Below, piece after piece: positions 1 through 11,887 of a DNA stretch of 64,000 bases. The first letter of the stretch is position 1. Each line of letters starts with the position of its first letter. The stretch is from Amoebophrya sp. A120. Its lineage: Eukaryota > Protista > Dinoflagellata. The translations under genes were made by a program, and so were the position numbers. The notes beneath the pieces are model-generated. The model was not told the DNA's origin. It ran no database searches and saw only the letters and a program-made list of their open reading frames with translations. The stretch covers positions 6,366,476 through 6,430,475 of the forward strand of contig CAJINV010000002.1 in assembly GCA_905178155.1 (NCBI GenBank), written 5' to 3'.

Positions 1-240
1 GCCACTGGAAAGGAAAAAAAAATGAATCTATCGGGTGCATGGCCAGGATCCCCTCGTGCTGTCCTCCGACGACTTGCAGGGTGTTCTTTTCCGGCTCTGG
101 TTTTGTACAAAGCGTCAAAGCTTTTTAAAATCTTTTCGACAAATTATTCAGTAAGTAGACTCTTGGCTCTGGGAACTACAAGGTATTTTTCCGCAGGATA
201 AGCCTTTCGTTGGAGCCAGTTTGACGACGGGGGCGGCAAG

Positions 241-531
241 ATGGAGGTCGGGACCCAAAGCCACGACATGCCGGCCAACTTTCGCGGGGTCAATGTCCGC
301 GACATCGGCCGGGACCGCGGGTGGCGCATTCACTCCAGTCAGTGGACGGGGTGGACTCCGAAAGCCGGCAACCGCATGGATCACGACGCGCTGGCCAGGC
401 CCTCGGTTTATCGCATTCGCGGCTTCCGAGGGAGCTGGACCTGGATCGCCGGCACGAAACCCCCCAAGTGCGACGCCAACGGCAAGGTGCCGCAGCCGGG
501 CGGTGGGGCGGGTAGAAAAGTTGTGGTGTGA
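241..531 (+). CDS. Small hypothetical protein (96 aa), possibly a terminal exon
   Basis: GC-rich ATG..TGA ORF flanked by AT-richer sequence, on the same strand as all other genes; no recognisable motif. Confidence 0.3.
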   Translation: MEVGTQSHDMPANFRGVNVRDIGRDRGWRIHSSQWTGWTPKAGNRMDHDALARPSVYRIRGFRGSWTWIAGTKPPKCDANGKVPQPGGGAGRKVVV

Positions 532-1499
532 GTTGTAGCAACAAACTGCGTCATTTTGGACAAGCTTTCTACTAGCATTTGTTCATGAATAGAAATGAAT
601 GTAGTACTGGTCGTGTTTCTGCTAGGAAAAGAAGGCCGTTCACAGTAGAAGAAAGATATTCAATCTTCTTGTAACGAAATAGAACACCGATCCAAGAATT
701 CCGAGCTTCCGTACTGTCAATCCATACAGGGGCCGCCAACGGCGCGACCTCCGGTGATGCGACCGGAGTGCAACTGGGTGGTGGTGCCAGTGTTAATGGC
801 GTAGCGAATTCCGCCACTGTTTTGGGTTACCACAGGGAACAGCAAAAGCCTCCGCACTTCAGCCAATGTCTTGCTCGTTGTGCTCGCTGACTCGGCAGCG
901 CCAGGAGCGAGGCGCCTGTTTTCATCATGTAGTTTGCACCAGAGTCTTTTTCAATATCTTTGCTGGTTTTCTTCTACCCTGCATGCTCAAGTGTAAGTGC
1001 CAAGAAGTGCTGTATTAAGTTGGCGATTGCATGTCGATTTATGTTCTTGGTGGCAGCAGTATTTTCAATGATAGAGCAGGGCAATGATTATCGGGCGTGC
1101 TGTATGCGTAGGCTTTTCACTCTGATACGAATGCAACTTCGGGACAAGGCGGCGTCGCGTCTCTACAAGCAGGTGCGGGACAACAGGCCATGCTGGGTGC
1201 GTCAAACGTTGTCTTATCATCTTGAAAACAGAAATAGCAACAGCTCTACCGGCGTCCGTGCATAGTGATGTGAGTAATTTGATTGGGTTATTGCAGGAAT
1301 CAAAATGTGATACTTGCGTCACCACGAAGAGGACGAGACACGGTCGTCACCGTCCTTCTAATTCACGAGACAAAAGCAAAAGCATGCTGCAAGACTAGGA
1401 AAGTATTCGTGCCCCCAACGATGCAGTCACGCAATAAAGGTAGTGCAGATTTCTACTTCACATTTTTCCAGATGATAAGAAAACGGCGCGCAGCCTTAC

Positions 1500-1949
1500 G
1501 TGATGAACAACGGTCAATTTGCGGCCCGCCCCGCCGATGATCAATGCTGCGGTGGCAACCAAGGGCAAGCAGCGCTGCCGCCTTCCGTGGCCGCCGGTCA
1601 ACCTCTCGCTTCTTCCCTGGCCGGTCAACCTCTCGCTACATCGCAGCAAGCGGCGGTGGCTCAATCGCAGCCGGTCACTGGTACTGGTGGTCAAGGAGTC
1701 GCTGGTGTGCAGGGTGGACTCGCTGGTGCGCAAGGGGGACTCGCTGGTGTTCAAGCTGGACTCGCTGGTGGTCTGCAAGGACTCGCCGGTGCGCAAGGAA
1801 TGGGTGCGCAAGGACTCGCTGGTGCGCAAGGAATGGGTGCGCAAGGAGTGGCTGGCTCGCAAGGAATGGCTGCGCAAGGACTCGCTGGCGCTCAAGGAGT
1901 GGGTACGCAAGCGGGGCAACAAGGAGGCGCTGCACAGTTGGCAAGATAA
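1500..1949 (+). CDS. Gly/Ala/Gln-rich low-complexity repeat protein (AQGLAG/AQGMG repeats)
   Basis: 149-aa ORF whose repeat units are multiples of 3 nt and encode a coherent (A/V)QG(G)LAG peptide repeat. Confidence 0.5.
   Translation: MMNNGQFAARPADDQCCGGNQGQAALPPSVAAGQPLASSLAGQPLATSQQAAVAQSQPVTGTGGQGVAGVQGGLAGAQGGLAGVQAGLAGGLQGLAGAQGMGAQGLAGAQGMGAQGVAGSQGMAAQGLAGAQGVGTQAGQQGGAAQLAR
1695..1905 (+). repeat. Coding minisatellite (ggactcgctggtgcgcaagg-type units)
   Basis: Recurrent ggactcgctggt and gcgcaagga units visible in tandem. Confidence 0.85.
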
Positions 1950-3047
1950 ACCAACGTGATCCGTGGAGCGGGCAGGTTTGGGATGATCTCGTATGCGGGT
2001 TTTCTGTCACAACTTCTGGAATTGTGATGCTCTTGTCCTCATGCTGATCACAGACACACATCAATCATGGTTCCATTGTTTTGCTACGCGCATTTTTGGG
2101 CGCTTACATCTTTATTTGCGGTTTTTTTTAAACATTTGTTTCGCAAGACTAGTTTATCGAGTTAATTTGATTCCGTTGTACAATTTCTACTGCTGCATTT
2201 TTGCCCATGGTTCGCTCTCCCTATTAGTACAGTAACAATTTTTTTTTAAAATTTGCACTGCAAACTTCTGCGCAGAAGCTACCACGATTACCCCGCAAGC
2301 ATTCGGTAGTCCTGCACGTTCCTGCTTTTTCTTCCCCTTATGAAGAAGTTCTATTTATCGGCTCTAAATGGCAGGCGTCAACAGTACATACTTACACCCA
2401 TTTTTTGCAGAGCAAGACAATTTTAAAATCCCCTTTCGTTGATAAAGATTCCACGGAGCAGCCTACTTTCGCAACTCGGATTCGAGGTCGTGTTCCTGGT
2501 CGTGTTTTCGTCGGAATTGAGGTCGGTGCTGCAACGTGCAAAAGGATCATACATCATGAAGTTCTTTCTCTATCGTGCCGCACTAACAGTTCTGCAGCCA
2601 ATAATTCAGAAAGGTACAGACACTCAACTTCTTCATCTTTTCGGTTGATCAATAAGACCTCTATTACAGATCTGGATAATCTTAAACAGTTCCCTGCTGC
2701 TCAAGTCGATTTGTGCTTTACGGTTGCGGGCTGCTTCCTACTCTGAAGCCTGTGCCCAAGAACCCATCCGCATCGGTTTGGATCATTTGCTGGCACTTCC
2801 TCTGTATATAATTCCTCCCTGTACGTTGTGAAGCTGAGGGTTGGAGATCCTGTGTCGGCCTCGCAATGTCAACAGAAGTAATTTGCTATGGCTGGGCGAG
2901 GGATTTTGTCACGATCTTGACCACTTCTGCTGCTTGAGAATATTTACTGATTCGTGTCGTGTTTTCTGCTTGAGCAGAACAACCTGCCTCTATTGGAAGA
3001 TGCGCATGATACATTTCGATTGGTTGCAAAACTAAATACCTCCAAAA

Positions 3048-5650
3048 ATGGCTTCCTGGATCCGGCATCTTTTCAAGGGAAAACCGGCGCACATCAAGCA
3101 TGCAGCTGCAAGAACGACCTCGTCCGGTAATTATACCAATACTCAGAATTTCAATTTGCCGCGGTCCTATGCTCCGCTGATACGGTCGGCCGACCTGCCC
3201 GCTTTCATCGAGGCGCTCTCTAGGCGGCACCCCGACAAGACGGAAATCAGCAAGAGGCTGAAGATGATTGCCAACAACCGGGAGCTGAAGCTGAACGACC
3301 CGGGGTTTCCACTGTTCGAAGTGCGACACTTTTTTTATGACAGTGCACAACTCCTTCTCCCCCTCATTTGTATAGCATGAACGGCAATACAAGCATTAGG
3401 AGGAAGAGTGCCGGTTTTGCATGACAAATTTCCAGTGGAGCGTAGTGCTATTTGGGCCACCAGAACTTGTCATGCAAATAGTGCCAAGAGGCACAGCCTG
3501 GATTTGGATTTTTACATGACAAATGAGGGGAAGGGGGAGTTGTGTACTCTCACACTTTCCAGGCGGAAAAGGCGACGTTGGTCCTGAACCAGTTCGACGA
3601 TCTATTGTCGCCGCCGCACGGCGGCGCGTATTGGCTGGATAAGGAGGTTCGGAGATTATGCCTAGAGAGAAAACAACATGAAGTACAAGAGAACACAGAA
3701 CAACTCGACATTCCAGATCTGAGGTTTGACCTCCACGACAGCAGCTGGCCTCTGAACAAGGCCAGACATGAAATAAAAAACGATTTTTCACCGGTTCATT
3801 GCAACCTGTACTTCTCTCCAGTGGGGCAAGACCACCCTGCCTTCCGGTTCCACTACGACCCGTGGGACCTGGTAATCCTACAGCAAGAGGGCGAAAAGAC
3901 GTGGGAAATTGGAATGAACGGGTTGTATGACCCCAGCAGAATATTTGTATCACCTCCGTCGCATCAGGGGCGGCACAAGGGCAACGGAAACACGACCTCG
4001 GATCAGGAGAAAACCAGTCGAGAAATTCCCGATGGGCACCCTTGCTTGGAAAAAGTGACAAAAATCACCCTGCGTCCCGGGGACCTCCTGTACCTCCCGA
4101 ACGCAACGCCACACCGAGCGGTCTGTGAAGGTGGAGGTGGAGAACAAAGTACTAGTAAAAGAACGGCAAGCACAGCCGCAGTCGGCTCGCTGCACCTCAC
4201 GTTTGGCATCGAGAACAGCACGCGGTCGGTTGCCTACCTGATCCAGCAACTCGCGGTGTGTGATATTTTCGCAAAGCACGAAGAAAGTGCAATGCAAGCG
4301 GAGACGGAGTTTGATCTGCGGAACGTAGATCTCGTTGACGGAAATAGATCTTCTGCTGCTGGAACTAATTCCATTCCGAGCCTCTATACGGCTGTTTCCT
4401 CTCAGAGCTTCCTGAAAGCACTCGCCCATTTGAGAGCTGCGGTGGGAGATAATGATGGGAAGGAAAGCAAAATCAGCCTGAGCCACACCTTTGTTCGCGA
4501 CCTGCCGAAGCCGGCTTTTGTTGGCGACAGGGTCGGCGGGTTTCATGCTCCCGCAGAGAGCAATGATGATAGAAAAAGCGAGCGGAGTATAGTCGGAGGC
4601 GGTATTTCGAACGAAAGTGGTGGACTCGATTTTGATGCTGTCCTCTCGGACGGAACCATTGCATTTGCGCAGCTCAGATCTCTGATACTGGCGCAGCGGC
4701 AAGAGCTGCTTGTGGCAACTGCCAGTGGCAGCGGAGAGCAGGAGGAAGAATCTTCACAGAGCTCAATTTCAACAACTGAATCTACTTCTAAAAGCCCTGC
4801 CAACTACAGTTCTCCCCCTGTTTCGCCGCTCCGGCTGCTGGCCGAACAGGTGAAGTTTATTCAGAAAGATAGTAGTATTTCCACCTCACGGAAATTGACG
4901 GGATTGACGACCACACGGAAAAAACTGGAGGCCGGGATTGTAGTGGAACATCAAATGAAAATGAATGGAAATCACGACACGATTTCCGAAACAGCTCAGT
5001 CTCAACTACAGCAAGTCCTACAGCACGCATTGAACACACTGGACAACCCCCAGCAGCTCTCCAAGTCGCTGGGCGCGTTGGCGTACGTCGAGGCGAATAC
5101 CTTTCCGGGTCATTTTGCGGAAGCACATTTTAAGGAGGTAGACGAGATGTTATATGATTTTCGTGAAGAAACCACTGCTACTACTTCCACCGAAGAACAG
5201 ACAAGCAGCTTCTTCGATTTTTCCTTTCTCAGCGACCCGGACCCGGTGTTTAGCTCGAACACGGAGCACGCGAACGTCTTCCTCCTGACCGACCAGGCGA
5301 CGCAATCCCGGGGCGAAACTGTGGGCTTCCTCTTTGTGCGCGGACAGCGGATTCCGGTGCCGAACGCCGAAAAGCTGATCCCTGGGTTGAAGTGGTGCTT
5401 GGGTAGTTCTTCTTGTGGTGTTGCGGAAGAAGTAAAAGTAGAAGTAGATCATGCTATTGATAGTCCCGCAGCGGTGAATGGTGGTAAAAGAACGAGAAGC
5501 AGTGACATTTTTTCATCACGTTATTTTCGTGCGTCAGAAGCGCAAGAGAAGGGCTTCCTGGACAGTGTCGGATTCGCGCTGTCGCTCGGCCTGCTCAAGC
5601 ACGTGAGAGAAAAAAATGCAGAACAGCGCTCGAGGCGCAGGTATTTTTAG
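3048..5650 (+). CDS. JmjC/cupin 2-oxoglutarate oxygenase (ROXA/NO66/RIOX-like), at least 2 exons
   Basis: Motifs HYDPWDLVILQQEGEKTWEI (HxD), LRPGDLLYLPNATPHRA and SLHLTFGI. ORFs 3048 and 3542 join in frame (VRHFFQAEK) after removing the element at 3336-3554. The 5' end may extend upstream. Confidence 0.8.
3336..3554. mobile_element. Introner, family C
   Basis: TIR tatgacagtgcacaactcc / ggagttgtgtactctcaca; degenerate direct repeat (DR) ttttt/ctttc; removal restores the JmjC frame. Confidence 0.8.
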
Positions 5651-6367
5651 CAGAAGCGGTGTAGTAAAAGCTCGCCTCGTGCTGCAGTCTCGATGATGCA
5701 ACAGCAGCTACGCAAAAAAATTTTCGTGGCGCCAAAAGCCGCGTGAGTTTCGTTGTTATCTCGCCTGTGTCGAGCTCTGACATATGTCGCTGTTCGTCGT
5801 ATAAATTCAAATCCTTTTGTTCTTCACAAATAAACTTAGTCCACCGCAGGAGACACGATTTTGACAAGATTTATTGAACAACCGTTTCCTATCTCTCGGA
5901 CGCAAGAAAAGAGTGGACAGCAGGAGAGCAGAGGTTTTTGAGCCGAGGATTCTTCCTTGGCTGCTGCGGTATTTGAGAAAGTTGTTGTCCTTTTTATTTC
6001 TAGGAGGGGTCGAGCAAGAACAGCAAAGCCTTTCGATCTCGGACAGGTCCTCAGGATTTGATATTGGTGGATACAACGCGAACGCTATGTGTAGCGTTTA
6101 CCAATGTTTCAGTATTAACACCGCCACTACAAAAGGTGAATCCCTCTACTTCTTTGTGCCACGGTTTAGTATGGATGTACCTGCCCCAGTCCCAGCGGAG
6201 GGCCAAGAATTTTTTTGCAAAGCTTGATTAGTGGTTTAGACAGTGAGCTGTGGAGGTCGTATCTATGGTTCTGCAACTACATTTGCGTCCATCGGAGGCA
6301 GTACCAACTGCGGCATACCAGCAATCCTGGTAGAACTAAGAACGGATGACCCTCGGAACCTCAATGC

Positions 6368-9300
6368 ATGTCCCACCCCGAGTCTCCAGAGTTCGATCCT
6401 TTTGAGGATCGCAGGGAGAAGATATTACAAGCGGAGGATCTTCCGAGGACCGCAAGTCGGGATGTTGGAACAACAGCTAGTTCTTTCGGACCGGCAGGGA
6501 TAAGTGCCAGCGGGGACGACCACGGCCGCGACAAGGAAGCAGCTTTCAACAGCTTCTACTATCACGGCCAGCTGCGACGTGGAGGCGCGCCGGCGGACTT
6601 GTTTTCTACTTTCGGCTCAACACCAACATCTGGCTCGGCGTCGACACACGTACCCTCTTCTAGTTCTGCCGCGTCGTCCTCTTCCTGTTCTGCCGCGTCT
6701 TCGTCGACCGAAGACCACAACAGCAGCTTCGACAGAACAAGTTCTTACCACGTCGACTCCAGCAATCCAAACTACACGCTTCAGAAAAGTAATGTGCTAT
6801 CTTCATCTTCGACTTCGTCGCAGCATTATCCGAATTCCCGGGCGGCGTTTCGCGTTGTCGACGTGCAGCCGGTAGTGGAAGTGGAGCAGAAGTATCAATC
6901 GCCGATCAAAAAACTCATCGTCACACCCTCGAAAGAACAATCTTCTTCGGCGGGAAGTAGCAGCAGCTTCCACGATTTTTTCCGAAATAATTCTTCAGCG
7001 GCCGTTCCCTTCGATTTCGAAACTGTGCTGGGAGGACCAAGCGAAAGCCGCGAACGAACTGCACTTAGTCCAGCACAGTCACAGTTTCAACCTGGTGCCT
7101 CGTCCCCGGCTCTAACGATCTTCGGAACGTTGCCTAGTTCTAGTACGAGTTCTCACGTGTGTGAAGGTCGTGGACCAGACAGAACAAAAGCCGAGACCAG
7201 TTCCAGAGATCTTCAAACTCAGCAGATCAACACAAGCACGAACCCCCGCCAGGAAAGTTTCTCTACTAGTCCATCCGCAGACCACCCGTCTGCTGTTGTA
7301 AACCAGCTACGGCAGAGCGGCGCGCAGACATTTGGCAGTAGTTTTACCGGTGACGATTTGGACTTTCTGGCTTCAAGTGACGTTGCTCTACCCCCTCCAG
7401 CCGACAACACAAATAGCAGCGGCAGTTCGGTCGGGCGGGACTTTTCATTTGAAAGTAGGAGAAGACCGGTAGTAGAACAAAGTGAAACGCAAGCTACAGT
7501 AAAAAGAAGTCCGAAACTTCAAGGCCACGACGACGACGCGGATCCGCCGGTGTACAATATCTCCCGAGAGATCGTGTTTTACACGCTTCGGTCGATCCAG
7601 GATAAACTTAAGAGTAAGAGCAGCGACAGCAATATCAAATGTAAAAATGTCTGGGTCTGGAAGATTGCCAGGTTTGTCATGCACATTTTGCATGACTCCT
7701 GATATCTGTGATGCATGCCCTCGCATCACAGATTTTGTGAGGGCTTCCTGGTGCCTATACCGCATGACAAACGCTCTTTCCGTGTAGCACAACTTGGACT
7801 CTCTTTGCTGCGCATGCAATACAGATTTTTTTAGAATCCAAAATCAGCATGACAAGTTGCACTCTTCCAGACCCAGACACTTTTGCATTTGATAAGCAAG
7901 TCGACCCTACCCAACGAACCGCGGGAGCGGCCGGTGCCCTTCTCGCCAAAGTACGTGCCCAATAGCAAGGAGACTTCGCCCAACTTCTTTCGCTCGCGGA
8001 ACTACATCACCAACGGCGGCGTTTTTGGCTCCGTCGGTGCGGACGAGCGCACCTCACCGAACCAGCGCACGCAGTTTCTCTCCTCCAGCAGCAGCCCGAA
8101 GACGAGAAACAAGGACGTGGAACTGCAAGAGGTGACGTCGTCCCCCGAAGGAGCAGACCGGTCCTCGAAAAACACAAAGGCCTGGTCCCAAAAAAAAATG
8201 TCCCGTGGCGGCGGAGGTGGAAGTAACCTGGGCAGCAGCTACAGTGCGGTAGCAACGACCGTCACTGGAGGCGGAAGTTGTGGTCAACTGCAACACGGTG
8301 GGGGGACGACCGCAACGACACCGCAGACAGGCGACCTTGCGCTGCAGCCCGGGCAACAGCATTCGGGGATGATGTTGAATCCGCGGAAGAGCCTCCACTA
8401 CTACTGCTGGAAGTGCTGCACCGGGGTGGTGGCGTGCTTCGATTTCGTATTGAGAGGAAAAATCCCCCCTCTCCATATCGAAAAGGTATGTTTCCGAAAA
8501 TTTGTCTTGCTGATTTGAGACCACAGACCACGTCTCTCTTGCAAGAAGACAACTCCACAGGCTCTGCCGCATTATGCAGGCGGTTTGTGATGCTGTTGGG
8601 CCTACAGCGTGGACATTTCCCACGCTAAGCGCCTAGGTCAAAACCTCTCCACTCAGGCTTGGCAGGAGCCTGCTGGCCTCTACTGCAAGACAAACCCGAT
8701 TTGTATACGCAAATCCATAATCAGAAACTTCCTTTTTATATGGGGAGGGGGGACTTTTCTTTGTGATATTTCGTCCTCCGGCTGCTCGGGCCCATTCTGG
8801 TGCTCCTTGCGTTTGTGCTCTACGGGTTTGTCACCTACGTCTACATGCGGTTCTGCGTGCCCGTAATGGACTTCAGTTTCAATGGCGCCGCCGGGGGTTT
8901 GGGGTCATCTTCCGCATCGAACGGCAATGTTGACGTTGGCCCACATGAGGAACTGCACTCAGAAGCAAATCGCTCGACCGCAGCCGCGCAAAGCCCTACA
9001 CTGCACTACCCAAGTAGAACTTGCTCCCCTGCCCCTGCGGCCGCCCCAGAAGAACAGATACTGTTTGTACGTAGAAGTACAGATGAAGACACAAGTTCTG
9101 TTTAGTTCCGTCGACAGTGACGTGCTTTTGCAGAGGCGTCGCGGATGAAAACCCGGATTTTTTGCATATGCCATGGGAACAAAGCGCCGGAACAAGGCGG
9201 CATGGATTCTTGTAAAGGAGAACAAATGCATTTATTCATGCATCTACGCAGGACAAGCTCAGACCCGTACTGCGTAAAGATAAATTCTAGAAATTGTTAT

Positions 9301-11887
9301 TCGGGGTGGTCGCAAGGGTTATTTTCAACCGGATACGCCTTATTTGGACGTTTTTTGCGGGTTTTTCCTACTGTGGAATATCTGCTACAACCACTGGACT
9401 GCCATGCGAACAAGCCCGGGCTACCCGCCGAAGTACAGTTGTTGGACAAAGAATGTGTTTTGATACGTTGACAACGTTGCGAATCTCCCGTTCGCGAAAA
9501 CGCGTAGTTTTGTGACATCAAGTTTGCTTTGGTCGTTTATCGGATGTTTTTTTGTTTTCCTACTTTTGTAATTTGTGCTCATTCAATGTCCATGCGTGCC
9601 AAAAAATGGAAATTCCAGGTACGATGTAAACAACGACGAGCTTTTTGAGATGCTTGGCAACAGCGCGCACATAGACGTGCCCCAGGACCTGGAGTCCGGG
9701 CAGGTATGAAAGTGCACAACTCCCCGCTCCGCCGCCTCACGTCAAGGGCATGAAGAGCAATAAGACAGCCACCAGCGAGCCAGCCCGTGCATGACAACAA
9801 GCGCATGCGCCTCCAGCACTGTTCGAGCTTCCGGAGGTTGTCATGCAAACAGTGCCAGAAGGCAGCAACTGGATTCGCGATTTGCATGACGAAGCAGGAT
9901 GCGGGAGGGGAATGAGTTGCGCCCTCGGATAGCAGCCGAAGGTGTGCCACAAGTGTGACAGGATAAAACCCGCCCGGGCTCACCACTGTTCGGTCTGTCG
10001 GCAGTGTGTGTTGAAAATATCAAAAGCAAAAATCCCCCCTCCCCATATCAAAACGAAGTTTCTGATGCTGGACTTGCGTTCACAAATCAGATTTGTGTTG
10101 CTGGAGAGGACTGCAGGCCGCTACCGAGCCTGGGGAGAGATGTGTTTGCCTAGACGCTTAGCATGAAAAACGTCCGCGCTGAAGGCCCAACAGGATGACA
10201 AACCGCCCGCATAATGCGCCGGAGCCTGTGGAGTTGCCCTGTTGCAACACAGATGCGATTTGTGGTCACAAATCAGCAACACAAATTTTCGAAAACGCAC
10301 CTTGTCAATATGGGGAGGGGGGATGTTTCATTTTGATAGAAAATGGACCATCACTGTCCCTGGATCAACAACTGTGTTGGTACGCTTTGGATCATTTTTC
10401 TCCTATTTTTTTTGCGAGTTGTAGTCTTTCTCCATCTGCACCAATCTGAAACAAGTATGTAGTGGGCAAAATCCGTTTTTTCGTAGTGATTTCAGCAGCT
10501 CGAAATCATGACGTCGAAGCTGTCTCTTGTTGTTCAAACATTTGTTGAACATGATGCGCAGGAGGGGGTACTGCTGCGAAAAGAACTTAGCTCCGAAAGA
10601 ACGGAATCCATTTCATCATCATGATCGTCCACCAGGTTTTGGGAATTATCAGTACTTTGTGCTGTTTCTCTTTTGGCTCTACGTCGGCGTGGTGTTTGTT
10701 CTGATCACCTGCTACGCTCAGTTTCTGGAGATTTTCTACCACCCCTCGCGGTCACGGCACCGCGATTTCAACCACCGCGAGTACGTGGGCTTCATGTACT
10801 ATCCAAGAAAAAAAGTGTGTAAGTGTAACTTTTGTCGAGGAACAGCATCACAGATTTGTTTTGCATGACAGAGAAAACCTGCCATGCGTAGCTAGTACGC
10901 GAAAACACGTTGGAAAATTGACAGGCGTAACTGCATTGCAATATCTGCAAGACAAAGTTACACTTACACAGTTTTTTCCTTGCATATGTACATTCTCTGC
11001 GCCTCCATCTGCCTCGCCCTGTCGTTGCTCGGAGGCTTTCACCTGTACCTCCTCCTGACCAACCAAACCACGATTGAGTTCCAGCTGAACTGGATCGAAA
11101 AGCACGAGGCCAAGAAGCGCAATATGCACTGCAAATATCATGTCGCGGTCTGGAAACTTGGGATGCTGGGGGTAGACGGACGAGGGCAACGCCGCTACTA
11201 GTAGCCCAGCATAGCAAGTTCGTGAGCTGGGAGGTTTTAGCTGTGGTCTTTTTTGCATGACTTACTGCCGGTCTGCACGAGGGTAGCGTGCATCTCAGCA
11301 AGCTTGGGAGTGAGTCATGCTCGCCGGGCGTGACAAGTTCTGCTCCTGCATGCTTCCAGACCGTGACATCTTTGCAATGAATACGCGACGAGCCGTGGCG
11401 AAACGTGTACGACCTCGGACCCGCGCTGAACTACAAGCAAGTGCTATCGTAGCTGTGAGTGGGGGATTAGGTGTCGTCCCGTTTTCGATTATTTGAACGC
11501 CACGAAATAAATCCAAATTGGTTCGCAATTATATTGCAAACGCTCCTCCTGTTTCTCGGTCATGCACAACGTCATAGCATGCGGATTTCGTACCTATAGG
11601 TCGTCTCTGCTCTTCCGCGGACAAAATGGACGAGCTGGAGGGCGGGGCCGGAAGAATCTCCAATGTGACAGCGCGAATCGAGGGCTTTATCGCATGACAA
11701 GCTTCCTACAAGGCTGCTTCTTATTTTCATAATCTAGGGATGGGACGACAACTCTCTAGAAGTTTTCTCAGGTCGATAAGCAATGGGCGAATCTTTGCTA
11801 CTCGGCTGCTTCCCCTGGCTGGGCCGACCGAAGAGACGAGTTGAAGAAGGGTTGAGTTTCCCGAAAACCACCCGGTTCCACGTCTGA
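6368..11887 (+). CDS. DHHC-type protein S-acyltransferase (palmitoyltransferase) with long Ser-rich N-terminus, multi-exon
   Basis: Spliced product contains [37 protein letters not shown], TM segments, TNQTTIEF and NVYDLG. At least 7 introners plus canonical intron 10380-10635. Exon boundaries at 9.0-9.7 kb are not fully resolved. Confidence 0.9.
7633..7894. mobile_element. Introner, family A
   Basis: TIR tatcaaatgtaaaaatgtctgggtctggaaga / tcttccagacccagacacttttgcatttgata; perfect DR agcaa; join SSDS|KSTLP. Confidence 0.92.
8448..8768. mobile_element. Introner, family B
   Basis: TIR tattgagaggaaaaatcccccctctccatat / atatggggagggggga...gata; DR tttcg; join CFDFVLRLLG. Confidence 0.9.
9705..9931. 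mobile_element. Introner, family C-like (forms a GT-AG intron)
   Basis: tatgaaagtgcacaactcccc...gagttgcgccctcggata; DR gcagg/gcagc; join ESGQPKVCHKC. Confidence 0.85.
10018..10338. mobile_element. Introner, family B (opposite orientation to 8448), inside the DHHC domain
   Basis: DR gaaaa; join [10 protein letters not shown]; interior corresponds to the reverse complement of the 8448 copy. Confidence 0.93.
10800..10986. mobile_element. Introner, family D
   Basis: TIR tatccaagaaaaaaagtgtgtaagtgtaacttt / aaagttacacttacacagttttttccttgcata; DR tgtac; join GFMYILC. Confidence 0.9.
11123..11383. mobile_element. Introner, family A-like
   Basis: tatgcactgcaaata..gtctggaa / ttccagaccgtgacatctttgcaatgaata; DR cgcaa/cgcga; join KKR(N)EPWRNVYDLG. 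Confidence 0.8.
11445..11778. mobile_element. Degenerate introner
   Basis: tatcg...cgata ends; DR agtgc/agcaa; removal gives NYKQVMGES in frame to the stop at 11887. Confidence 0.6.

Noticed and set aside
715-940. Protein-like minus-strand frame (...LLLFPVVTQNSGGIRYAINTG...)
   Set aside because: No start codon or splice support; opposite to all other genes.
9066-9680. Additional short non-canonical introns in the DHHC gene
   Set aside because: The exon PYLDVFCGFFLLWNICYNHW...SPGYPP (about 9338-9432) is evident, but its boundaries could not be fixed.
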